32,000 bases of DNA from Desulfocapsa sulfexigens DSM 10523. GTDB taxonomy: Bacteria; Desulfobacterota; Desulfobulbia; Desulfobulbales; Desulfocapsaceae. The position numbers and the translations under genes are program-made. The DNA is taken from assembly GCF_000341395.1 (NCBI RefSeq), contig NC_020304.1, positions 2,580,001 to 2,612,000 on the forward strand, in the 5' to 3' direction. The notes beneath the pieces are model-generated. The model was not told the DNA's origin. It did not search any database and worked only from the letters and a program-made list of their open reading frames with translations. Below, piece by piece: positions 1 to 8,124 of this stretch. Positions within the stretch are counted from its first letter, which is position 1, and every line of letters begins with the position of its first letter.

Positions 1-1179
1 CATAAAAAATGCCACAAAAAGTCCAAGGATCATTAGTCCACATCCAAGATACACAATCCATACTCCAGGATCTTTTGCTATCTGAAGTCCGGTTGCATAC
101 ATCTGTTTTCCTGCGATGGTATATTTTTTTCCGGGACGCTCAACGGTTACCTGGTCTCCAGCTTTAAGCCAGAACGTTGAGGCTGGTCCCTGGTCGTCTT
201 TAAACCACACCTTCATTCGTGTGATGGTCTGTCCCATTGCCTCGGCATTAATGATGCCAATACGGGCATTGTGTTTACTGAGTTCCTGCTGCTGTTGAAA
301 GGGCATGGGCACGGTTTGAGTTTCGTTATTCTCCTGGTTGGTAACCGTCAGTAAAAAATCTTCATAGCCCTGATAGCTTGACTGGTAGAAAGTGATTCCC
401 CTGTACGTTAAGGGATCATTGACAACGATCTCTTTTTTCACTGTTACTTTGTTGTCCTCAGATACCGTGAGCACAGATTTGTATGCTTTAGGCATACCGG
501 AATCGTAAAATTCGATATCAAATCGGTCACAGCGCACCGTGAACCCGAGATCAATTGATTTTCCGGTACCAGTTTGAAAAATAGTATTGGTGGCCTGGGT
601 TTCCGGTAACATTATCGATCCCTTGAATCCGTATAACTCACCAATTATGGCTCCAAGAAAAATAACAAGAATGGAAGCGTGAACGATATACACGCCGGTT
701 CTGGTCATCGCACCCTTTTGAGCAAAAAGAAGGAGTGTGTCGTCACGTTTACGCTGGAACGCTTTCCAGCCTTTGGAAGAAAGGCTGTCGCTGAGCTCGG
801 TGGCAAGGGTTTCTTCAGCTTTGTTAGATGTCCAGCTGGCAGATAAACGCATTTTCTGAATACGTTTTGGATCGGTTGCCAGGTTGTCGGCATTTATCTG
901 CCGCCATACGCCTGGAAAACGGTCAATGGAGCAGATGATAAGGTTTGAGGCAAGAAGACCAAGTAATCCCAGGAACCACCATGAGTTGTACATATCAGGG
1001 ATGGAGAGAACTTGAAAAATTCTTGCAGTGGTTTCACTGTAATTCTGGGCGTACCAGCTCATACTTTCTTTCTGGGGTATTACTGTTCCGATGATGGAAG
1101 TGACCGCAAGAAGAAAGAGAGTGAAAAGAGCTAGTTTAACAGAAGAAAAAAAGCTGAATAGGGGATTCTTTTTTTTCAT
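1..1179 (-). CDS. resB: ResB/Ccs1-family cytochrome c biogenesis protein (system II), N-terminal 393 codons; the 3' end runs off the left edge
   Basis: It is absent from the ORF track because no stop lies inside the window. Hand translation of the reverse strand from ATG (1179-1177) stays open to position 1: MKKKNPLFSFFSSVKLALFTLFLLAVTSIIGTVIPQ...NSWWFLGLLGLLASNLIICSIDRFPGVW...GVYIVHASILVIFLGAIIG...TYRGITFYQSSY. The pattern of TM1 + IGTxIPQ, TM2 + CSxDR and a large soluble loop is the ResB pattern as I recall it. Confidence 0.7.
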   Translation of the reverse strand, partial: MKKKNPLFSFFSSVKLALFTLFLLAVTSIIGTVIPQKESMSWYAQNYSETTARIFQVLSIPDMYNSWWFLGLLGLLASNLIICSIDRFPGVWRQINADNLATDPKRIQKMRLSASWTSNKAEETLATELSDSLSSKGWKAFQRKRDDTLLLFAQKGAMTRTGVYIVHASILVIFLGAIIGELYGFKGSIMLPETQATNTIFQTGTGKSIDLGFTVRCDRFDIEFYDSGMPKAYKSVLTVSEDNKVTVKKEIVVNDPLTYRGITFYQSSYQGYEDFLLTVTNQENNETQTVPMPFQQQQELSKHNARIGIINAEAMGQTITRMKVWFKDDQGPASTFWLKAGDQVTVERPGKKYTIAGKQMYATGLQIAKDPGVWIVYLGCGLMILGLFVAFFM

Positions 1180-1585
1180 TTGATCCTTGATAATAATTAT
1201 TAAATGGTTTTCTTTATCAGAATATTTCTGAAAAAGCAAGGTATTTGTCAGGTCTCACAGTATTTCTTTTGCTGCCTGTTATGTACCACGTTGTAGATGG
1301 TGATCGCAAATCTATTCATGGCTGGTCAGAAATTAACAGGTGTGGGCAGGTATGCATTGATACAGGTCAAAATTTAGTAATAAAGAAAAAATAAGGAATA
1401 TGTAAAATTACTAAGCCTTATCACCCCTGTCAATAAAGGTTTTTTTGTAGTCTTATGGCTTTTCAGGGGCTGGTAGGACCAGGCAGGTGCTTCTGTGGAA
1501 AAACACTTGCCATTCTTGCGGAAAACAGGTATAAAAAGCAGTTTCTCGTTTGTCAAAGGAAAATGAAAGAAATTTTTTTATGATA

Positions 1586-1610
1586 TCCGAAAGTTGTAAA
1601 CTCTTTCGGA
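1586..1610 (+). promoter_or_regulatory. Hairpin in the rpmB 5' leader (function unknown)
   Basis: TCCGAAAG (1586-1593) pairs perfectly with CTTTCGGA (1603-1610), leaving a 9-nt loop. The stem ends 12 nt before the rpmB Shine-Dalgarno AAGGAG (1623-1628). Confidence 0.25.
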
Positions 1611-1634
1611 ATCAAACCATATAAGGAGATCGTC

Positions 1635-1829
1635 ATGGCTAAAGTCTGTCAGATTTGTGGCAAAGGGCCTGCCACTGGAAATAATGTTTCTCATGCACAC
1701 AATAAAACCCGACGTCGCTGGTTGCCGAACCTCAAAAGAGTTCGCATGTTGACTTCAGGTGGCAGTGCTGTCAGGGCTCGTGTTTGTACCCGCTGTATTC
1801 GTTCGGGGGCAGTTGTTAAGCCTGCCTGA
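1635..1829 (+). CDS. rpmB: 50S ribosomal protein L28
   Basis: The 64-aa [40 protein letters not shown]... carries the L28 signature (SHAxNKTxRRWxPNL). AAGGAG lies 6 nt upstream of the ATG. Confidence 0.95.
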   Translation: MAKVCQICGKGPATGNNVSHAHNKTRRRWLPNLKRVRMLTSGGSAVRARVCTRCIRSGAVVKPA

Positions 1830-1865
1830 GTAGAATTTTGGGTGGTGTATTTATGTAAGTTATTA

Positions 1866-1901
1866 AGGGTGATAAGGATTGATTCCTGGTCACCCTTTTT
1901 C
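1866..1901 (+). terminator. Probable intrinsic terminator after rpmB
   Basis: AGGGTGA (1866-1872) pairs with TCACCCT (1890-1896), with an inner AGGA/TCCT pairing. A T-run at 1896-1900 follows. The structure starts 37 nt after the rpmB stop. Confidence 0.5.
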
Positions 1902-1920
1902 TGTTTCAAAGGAGTTGGAT

Positions 1921-2172
1921 ATGAGTGAAGAGATAAAATTTCTCCCTCGTGAGGAGGCGCTGCAGCTGGTTGGGGCAATTCAGGAAGAAGAGGATATCCA
2001 TAATCAGGACAGGCAAATTCTCACTGTCTACAATAAAGACGATCGTGAAGTGTGCTGGTTTGATTTTGAGGAATTGGAGAAGGCGGTTGGTGATGTCCCC
2101 AGGGATCAGAAAAAGGAAATGATTCAGGATTATATCTTAAAACATATTCCCGAATGGGCACGTGATATTTAA
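1921..2172 (+). CDS. Small acidic hypothetical protein (83 aa)
   Basis: The ORF-track start (TTG 1879) lies inside the rpmB terminator stem. ATG 1921 has AAAGGAG (1908-1914) 6 nt upstream. The product is MSEEIKFLPREEALQLVGAIQEEEDIHNQ...; I recognise no family. Confidence 0.5.
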   Translation: MSEEIKFLPREEALQLVGAIQEEEDIHNQDRQILTVYNKDDREVCWFDFEELEKAVGDVPRDQKKEMIQDYILKHIPEWARDI

Positions 2173-2258
2173 TTATTAAAGTAGTAGCCAATTGCAAGTG
2201 TTTAACGGGGGAGTGACGAAACCCAGGGAAGAAAAACGTTCGTTATTTCGTTGGATGT

Positions 2259-3089
2259 TTAATTCAATATCCCCTTTGGCATTGGTGGAACCGGTTGCCC
2301 CCCAAGTGTCACTCCGCCATCTATTTTCAGGATACTTCCTGTCATGTAGTCTGCATCTCTGATAAGAAAAAGAGTTGCCTCGGCAACTTCTTCAGGAGTG
2401 CCGGTTCGTTGCAGCAGGCATTGGCTGCGGATTGCTTTCTTTTCCTCTTGCTCAAGTTCCCCCCAGCCTCTTGTTCCTTCTCCATGTCGCTGACGGATAA
2501 GTCCCAGCATCAATTCATTTACTCGAACAGATGGCGCGGCTTCACGTGCCCAGGTTTCCGTGAAAGAAGAAATAGCACGGTTTGCAGCACTATATGCATC
2601 ATTGAAAAATGGTGCTGTGGCTCCGCTGCGACCGCTGATGCCTGAGATGGAAGAGATGTTGACAACGGCTCCTTCGCTGCTCTTCAGTAAAAGTGGAAGA
2701 CAGTGGTGGAAAAGGAGCCACTTGGCTTTCAGGGTTGTGGATATCTCAAGATCCCATTGCTCAGCATTGTGCGGGAGGTCATAACTTCCATGAACGACTG
2801 GCATGCCTCCGCGTTCAATATTGTTCACCAGAATATTGAGGCTGCCATACTTCTTGTTTATCTGGTTTACCAGGTTTCGTACGGCAGCATCCGATCTTAG
2901 ATCAACTGGTAGGGAAAGAAACGAAAATCCGGCGTTTTTAAATTCCTCTTCCATCTCCGTAATGGATTCCGGCCAGTCAAAGGTGGGAAGAATAAGCCTT
3001 ACCCCCGCTTCCCCTAATTTTCTGGCAATTTCCCTGCCTATGGCCCTTGATGCTCCTGGCACAAGTGCGGTTTTTCCTGATATATCCAT
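2259..3089 (-). CDS. Short-chain dehydrogenase/reductase (SDR) family protein with an atypical catalytic motif
   Basis: The N-terminal Rossmann motif is KTALVPGASRAIGREIA. NNIERGG, the NISSISG serine region and a C-terminal DYMTGSILKIDGG are also present. The expected YxxxK reads YSAAN-R (2577-2594). Confidence 0.85.
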   Translation of the reverse strand: MDISGKTALVPGASRAIGREIARKLGEAGVRLILPTFDWPESITEMEEEFKNAGFSFLSLPVDLRSDAAVRNLVNQINKKYGSLNILVNNIERGGMPVVHGSYDLPHNAEQWDLEISTTLKAKWLLFHHCLPLLLKSSEGAVVNISSISGISGRSGATAPFFNDAYSAANRAISSFTETWAREAAPSVRVNELMLGLIRQRHGEGTRGWGELEQEEKKAIRSQCLLQRTGTPEEVAEATLFLIRDADYMTGSILKIDGGVTLGGQPVPPMPKGILN

Positions 3090-3090
3090 T

Positions 3091-3792
3091 TTACGTGTCC
3101 CTTTCTACCTGTTGATGGCGGTTGGTACCCCTGATGCTTGCCGATAAAGGATCGTCCTTACTGTTGGAAATTACAAATATCTTAATACATTCCCTGGAAT
3201 GCGGCGCAACAAGAGTGATCTTTCCTGGGCTGTTTTTTTGGAGGAAGCCCTCGAGTGCCCCCTGATTCATCCAGTCTCTGTAGTTATGGTAATGGTTGAG
3301 ACCGGCTGCCCGTTCAATGATAGGGATAAGAATTTTCCCAATGAGAAACGAGGAACAGCTTTGTGTGGGAGTGGAGTAATCAGCAATAATGATATGACCA
3401 TTATGCTTCACGAGTCTGCAGGCTTCTCTGAAGATGGCTTTATGGTGAGGGGCAGCCTTCTCATGAAGAGCAAAACTTATAACGATAGCGTCGTATTTAT
3501 TGTCAGCGATGGGCAATTGAGTGGCATCTGTTTCAAGATAGTGAATGGACGACGGACTTTTCTTGCGAGCATTGCTGATCATTGCAGGAGAGTTGTCAAC
3601 TCCGGTGAGCAGCATATTCTCTTCACTCAACATTCGCAGCTGTTCGCCGGTCCCACAGCAGATATCGATAACATTTTTTGCCCCGGAATGCTTGAGTATG
3701 GTTCTGATATTACGACGAATAGAGCGCAGGCCCCGGGAGAGTAGAAAGTCATAAATCGAGGCTGTATATTTATATTCATCTTCGTCCTGCAT
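3091..3792 (-). CDS. Class I SAM-dependent methyltransferase (233 aa)
   Basis: Motif I is VIDICCGTGEQ, and motif post-I/II reads LTGVDNSPAMI ... YDAIVISFALHE. I moved the start to ATG 3792 (MQDEDEYKY...) because the longer track ORF overlaps the divergent promoter region. The stop lies 1 nt from the SDR start, so the two are probably co-transcribed. Confidence 0.85.
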   Translation of the reverse strand: MQDEDEYKYTASIYDFLLSRGLRSIRRNIRTILKHSGAKNVIDICCGTGEQLRMLSEENMLLTGVDNSPAMISNARKKSPSSIHYLETDATQLPIADNKYDAIVISFALHEKAAPHHKAIFREACRLVKHNGHIIIADYSTPTQSCSSFLIGKILIPIIERAAGLNHYHNYRDWMNQGALEGFLQKNSPGKITLVAPHSRECIKIFVISNSKDDPLSASIRGTNRHQQVERDT

Positions 3793-3796
3793 GGTC

Positions 3797-3824
3797 TTGC
3801 GATTCCATACTAAATGGTTATAAT
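3797..3824 (+). promoter_or_regulatory. Candidate sigma-70 promoter for the M16 peptidase gene
   Basis: TTGCGA (3797-3802), a 16-nt spacer, then a perfect TATAAT (3819-3824). This is a motif match only. Confidence 0.3.
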
Positions 3825-3974
3825 TCTTAATTGCCTTGATACGGCAGCCTTTGTAAACGATATGTTTTGTTTTTCTACTGCCAAAGTGAATGTAGCATAT
3901 TATCATTGCTTCTTCCAGATTTCACCTTGAGTGATAGTATGGCAATGAATAACCTGAATAGAACAGGAGAAAGA

Positions 3975-6803
3975 ATGGTTTTTTGTAAAAAAATTGGAAT
4001 AGCTGTTTTAGCGGGTTTTCTTTTTGTAACAACGTTTTTGTTATCACCCTGTCTGGCTGATTGTTTTTCTACGGCATGGCCTCATGAAAAGAGTGATCTG
4101 AGACCAGATCCATCCATTACCTTCGGGCGGTTTGAGAACGGGTTTCGCTATATACTGAAAAAGAATTCTGAGCCCAGAGACAGGGTGGCGATGTCACTCA
4201 ACATTCAGGCGGGATCTCTTAATGAAAATGATGATCAGCGAGGCATTGCCCATTTCCTTGAGCATATGCTTTTCAACGGGACAACGCATTTTCAACCAGG
4301 AGAGTTGGTCGAATATTTTCAGTCAATCGGAATGAGTTTCGGTGGGGATACCAACGCGCATACCAGCTATGATGAGACCGTTTACGATATTATTTTACCA
4401 AAGGGCACCGCTCAGGATATAGACAAGGGATTGTTGGTTCTTTCTGACTATGCCCGGGGTGCCCTGTTGTTGGAGACGGAAATTGATCGGGAGCGGGGAG
4501 TAATACTTGCTGAAAAAAGGAGTAGAGATTCAGCTGGGTATCGTGCCCATGTGAAAGAGACGGCATTTTCCATGCGAGGTACCATGCTCCCTGAGCGCAT
4601 GCCTATTGGGGTCCTTGAAACTTTGAACAAGGCAGACCATTCTCTGATGAAGAGCTTTTACGATGCCTGGTATCGCCCTGAAAATATGATGTTGGTTATG
4701 GTTGGTGATTTCGATCTCGAGGAAATTCAGCCCCTGGTGGAGGAAAAATTTGCAGGACTGACAGGAGAAGGAGAACAGCCTCCATGTCCTGAATTTGGAC
4801 GTTTGCAGCATGAAGGTTCTGAGTTCTTTTATCATCATGAAGCTGAAATGGGAGTTACTGAAACAAGTATTGCAAGTCTGTGGAATGTGGAACCCGAGGA
4901 TGATTCTTTTGCACTGCAGGTGAAGGAATTGACAGGTTATGTAGCAAGTAAGATTGTTCAGCATCGTCTCGATGAACTTACAAGAAAAAGTGACACACCC
5001 TTTACTTCTGCAAAAGTGTATTCCGGAACCTTTTTAAATCGCATTGGGTACGCGGAAATTGGGGCCAAGAGTGATGCGGATAAATGGCAACAGAGTTTGT
5101 CTCTGATTGAAAACAGCCTGCGGCAGGCCCTGAACTTTGGGTTTACCGGGATTGAATTACAGCGTGTGAAAAAAGAGTTACAGGCAGAGCTTGATTCGGC
5201 AGTACTGACTGCCAAAAGTAAAAACTCCAAGGAGTTGGTATCATCTATTATTCGCAGTATTAACAACAATCGGGTAGTGCAGTCACCGGAACAGGACAAA
5301 GCGTTGTTTGCTCCCGTTCTTGAGTCGATGACTCTTGCGGATGTTGAAAAGGAATTTCGGGATCTATGGTCACATTCCAATCGTCTGGTGAAAGTGAATG
5401 GGAATGCAGTTATTTCTGAAAAAGATCCTCTTCCTGTTATTGAATCGAACTACAGGGCCGCAATGGACATAGATGTTGTTGCCTATGCAGATACAATTCA
5501 GAAGGATTTCCCCTATCTCCATCTTGGGAAACCGACGCCCGTAAAAAGCAAGGAGCAGTTTGTTGACATTGGAAGTAAGCGTGTGATCTTTGATAACAAT
5601 GTTGTTCTGAATCTAAAAAAAACCACCTTTGCCCCAAATGAGATTCAGATCTCTGTTGATTTTGGCCACGGTGCCTCAACGGAACCTGCGCCTGCCCTCT
5701 CCATGTTGACAACTTCCGTTATAAATCAATCCGGCACATCAACCCTGAGCAAGAGTGAGCTTGACAGAATTCTCTCAGGGGCCAGCGTTGAAACGACATT
5801 TCGTGTCAATCCGGATTCTTTTAGCTGGCAGGGAAAGTCTCTCAATAAAGATGCTGAGTTGCTCTTTCAGGTACTGCAGAGTTTAGTTGCTGACCCGGAA
5901 GTAGATATGAATGCCTTTCAGGTAAGCATGGATACGTTTAAGCAGTTTTATGATGGGGCAGCAACAGAAGTACAGGGCATTATGAGTATGCAGGGAGAAT
6001 CTTTTCTTGCAGGGGGAAGTCAGCGTTTTGGCCTGCCCCCATGGACTGTTTTTTCTCAACTGGATAGAAGACAGATTGAGGAGTGGTTTTTGCCCGCAGC
6101 CGGGAAGAGTGCGCTCGAGATCTCTCTTGTTGGGGATTTTGATGAAGCTGAAGTGCTTCGTCTGGCTGAAAAATATTTCTCAGTCCTGCCCGAAAGAACC
6201 TCGACTCCGGTGGAGAAGGTGAACATCTCTTTTCCACAGGGGCAAAGTCTCAGCCTGACAGTTCCTTCTTCCATCGACAAGGCGATGCTCGTTGTTGCCT
6301 GGAAAACGGATGATTTTTGGGATATTCAACAGACAAGGGGGTTACATCTCCTGGCAGAAATATTCTCGGATAAAATGAGAAGAGTCGTTCGGGAAAAACT
6401 CGGAGCATCTTATTCACCTCAGGTATACAATGCATCGAGCCGTATCTATGACGGTTTCGGGGTTATGCGGGCTGTTCTTATCGTTGATCCAGGTCAGGTG
6501 GAAATACTGCACCAGGAAGTGTTAACCATAGCAAGAGAAATATGGCAGGGCAATATCAGTAACGCGGAACTTGAACGTGCCAAGGAGCCTATGCTTACCT
6601 CTTTGAGGGACATGGTTCGGACTAACGGTTACTGGTTGAAATCCGTACTTGCAAACTCTGCCAGATATCCAGAACAGTTGGAGTGGCCCACTACTATTCT
6701 CTCTGGTTTCTCCTCATTTTCTCTTGAAGATGTTCAAGCTTTGGGCGCAAAATATCTGAACCCGGAAAATGCAGCCAGCATCACTATTCTTCCTGAAAAG
6801 TGA
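3975..6803 (+). CDS. Secreted M16 (pitrilysin/insulinase) family zinc peptidase, 942 aa, with M16 + M16_C domains apparently duplicated (PqqL-like size)
   Basis: It has the inverted zinc motif HFLEH (GIAHFLEHMLFNGT) and the downstream NAHTSYDETVY. ATG 3975 is preceded by AGGAGA (3965-3970) and begins a signal peptide, MVFCKKIGIAVLAGFLFVTTFLLSPCLA. Confidence 0.9.
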   Translation: MVFCKKIGIAVLAGFLFVTTFLLSPCLADCFSTAWPHEKSDLRPDPSITFGRFENGFRYILKKNSEPRDRVAMSLNIQAGSLNENDDQRGIAHFLEHMLFNGTTHFQPGELVEYFQSIGMSFGGDTNAHTSYDETVYDIILPKGTAQDIDKGLLVLSDYARGALLLETEIDRERGVILAEKRSRDSAGYRAHVKETAFSMRGTMLPERMPIGVLETLNKADHSLMKSFYDAWYRPENMMLVMVGDFDLEEIQPLVEEKFAGLTGEGEQPPCPEFGRLQHEGSEFFYHHEAEMGVTETSIASLWNVEPEDDSFALQVKELTGYVASKIVQHRLDELTRKSDTPFTSAKVYSGTFLNRIGYAEIGAKSDADKWQQSLSLIENSLRQALNFGFTGIELQRVKKELQAELDSAVLTAKSKNSKELVSSIIRSINNNRVVQSPEQDKALFAPVLESMTLADVEKEFRDLWSHSNRLVKVNGNAVISEKDPLPVIESNYRAAMDIDVVAYADTIQKDFPYLHLGKPTPVKSKEQFVDIGSKRVIFDNNVVLNLKKTTFAPNEIQISVDFGHGASTEPAPALSMLTTSVINQSGTSTLSKSELDRILSGASVETTFRVNPDSFSWQGKSLNKDAELLFQVLQSLVADPEVDMNAFQVSMDTFKQFYDGAATEVQGIMSMQGESFLAGGSQRFGLPPWTVFSQLDRRQIEEWFLPAAGKSALEISLVGDFDEAEVLRLAEKYFSVLPERTSTPVEKVNISFPQGQSLSLTVPSSIDKAMLVVAWKTDDFWDIQQTRGLHLLAEIFSDKMRRVVREKLGASYSPQVYNASSRIYDGFGVMRAVLIVDPGQVEILHQEVLTIAREIWQGNISNAELERAKEPMLTSLRDMVRTNGYWLKSVLANSARYPEQLEWPTTILSGFSSFSLEDVQALGAKYLNPENAASITILPEK

Positions 6804-6918
6804 CGGCTAATGGATTCTGTATGCTTGTGAAAAGGATGCTGTCTAAGCAGTGACACCATCTTTTTGGCCTCTGGGGACTCACCGAACTTTCTCGAGTCAG
6901 GGAATGGGTTGTTGGCAG

Positions 6919-7848
6919 TTAGCCAACAACCCAGAGGGCCAGATCCTGAAAATGTTTGATTGCCCTGTCAGAAACCCCTCCAAACAGCCCTTTCGATGTG
7001 GCTTTTCCTCTTCTTCCCATGACTATCGTGCCACAATCTCGTTTTTTAGCTTCGCGGATAATGCTGTGAGCTTCTTCAATATCGGTGCTTTCCGGAAGTA
7101 TCTGAATCTGTTTTTCGGGGATTCCTGCGTTTAGAAGAAGCTGTTGCGGACCATTGAAGAGGCAGTCTGTACCGGAAAGGTGTGTGTCACTCCAATCCTT
7201 TCCCCATTTCTTATAAAAAAGCTCGGGTTTACAATGAATTTCTTTGCCAAAAATGGCTGTGCAGTGGAAGAGACAGATCTCTATATCTGTCCTCTCTGCA
7301 AAAATATGGCAGAGATGGTCAATGGCCATCAGTGAGTTTACGGAACCATCCACCGGAACGAGAAATTTTTTCGATTGTACCTCCCCGTCAATGATCCATA
7401 AAGGCGTGTTGTGGCATTTTTGAAACAGGGAGCTTGACACGGAACCCATCAGCATTTCACTTATTCCATTCAGACCTCGTCTGCCAATGAGGACGGCATC
7501 CAGTAAATCTTTCTCTGCCGTTTGCTGAATTGCGGCTGCAAAATTGTAGCCGCAGGTGTGAACGGAGCTGTGAATACGATCCGAGGTGATATTATTGCGG
7601 AGAAGTTTTTCAGTGGCTTTTTTCAGGTAGCGCCTGGCAGAGGATTCCTTTGTACCTTGAACAGTATTCGTCGGAATAAGCGAGTTCTTTTGATCTGCTG
7701 CAGAGGGCATGATGGAACTTCCAGCTGTGATCCAGGTGCAGAGATGAAAGTGAATATGTGGATCTGCTGCAAAGAGGGTACTGATATAAGTAAGGGACTG
7801 GTTTGAGTATACCGAGCCATCAATGGCAATAAGAATATCTTTCTGCAT
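6919..7848 (-). CDS. Universal stress protein with tandem UspA domains (309 aa)
   Basis: Two Usp-like halves are present: ILIAIDGS ... LIGRRGLNGISEMLMGSVSS, and FLVPVDGS ... IVMGRRGKATSKGLFGGVSD. Each half ends in the G-2x-G-9x-G(S/T) ATP-binding type motif. Confidence 0.85.
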   Translation of the reverse strand: MQKDILIAIDGSVYSNQSLTYISTLFAADPHIHFHLCTWITAGSSIMPSAADQKNSLIPTNTVQGTKESSARRYLKKATEKLLRNNITSDRIHSSVHTCGYNFAAAIQQTAEKDLLDAVLIGRRGLNGISEMLMGSVSSSLFQKCHNTPLWIIDGEVQSKKFLVPVDGSVNSLMAIDHLCHIFAERTDIEICLFHCTAIFGKEIHCKPELFYKKWGKDWSDTHLSGTDCLFNGPQQLLLNAGIPEKQIQILPESTDIEEAHSIIREAKKRDCGTIVMGRRGKATSKGLFGGVSDRAIKHFQDLALWVVG

Positions 7849-7876
7849 AAGCCCTCGTCATGTGTATCTGTGTCAG

Positions 7877-8014
7877 TTATTTCGCTGTTTTTTGTGTATC
7901 TCTGCTCTGATGCTCCTTCTCCTTGGTTTCTTTGGGATCAAAGAAGTGCACCATATATTGAAAAATAAAAACAAAGAGAAAGACAACAGCATAGACCAGT
8001 ATCCAGTCCCACAT
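7877..8014 (-). CDS. Possible 45-aa single-pass membrane peptide (below the ORF-track size cutoff)
   Basis: Hand translation gives MWDWILVYAVVFLFVFIFQYMVHFFDPKETKEKEHQSRDTQKTAK. GGAG lies 6 nt upstream of the ATG (8014-8012). The product is one hydrophobic helix plus a charged tail. The ORF sits between the giant membrane protein gene and the USP gene on the same strand, in a different frame from the 64-aa track ORF 7873..8067. Confidence 0.35.
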   Translation of the reverse strand: MWDWILVYAVVFLFVFIFQYMVHFFDPKETKEKEHQSRDTQKTAK

Positions 8015-8124
8015 ATTTCACTCCATGGTATTTCTGCAAACAGAATAATATTGTGTATATGAAACAAAAGTAGTCAGTCTCCGTCTCTTTGTAAAGTCCG
8101 AAGAATCATATTGGCATCAAAATA

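Noticed and set aside
1374-1556. A 60-aa minus-strand ORF in the resB-rpmB divergent intergenic region.
   Set aside because: It has no SD and is AT-rich and low in complexity. It overlaps the likely promoter and leader of rpmB.
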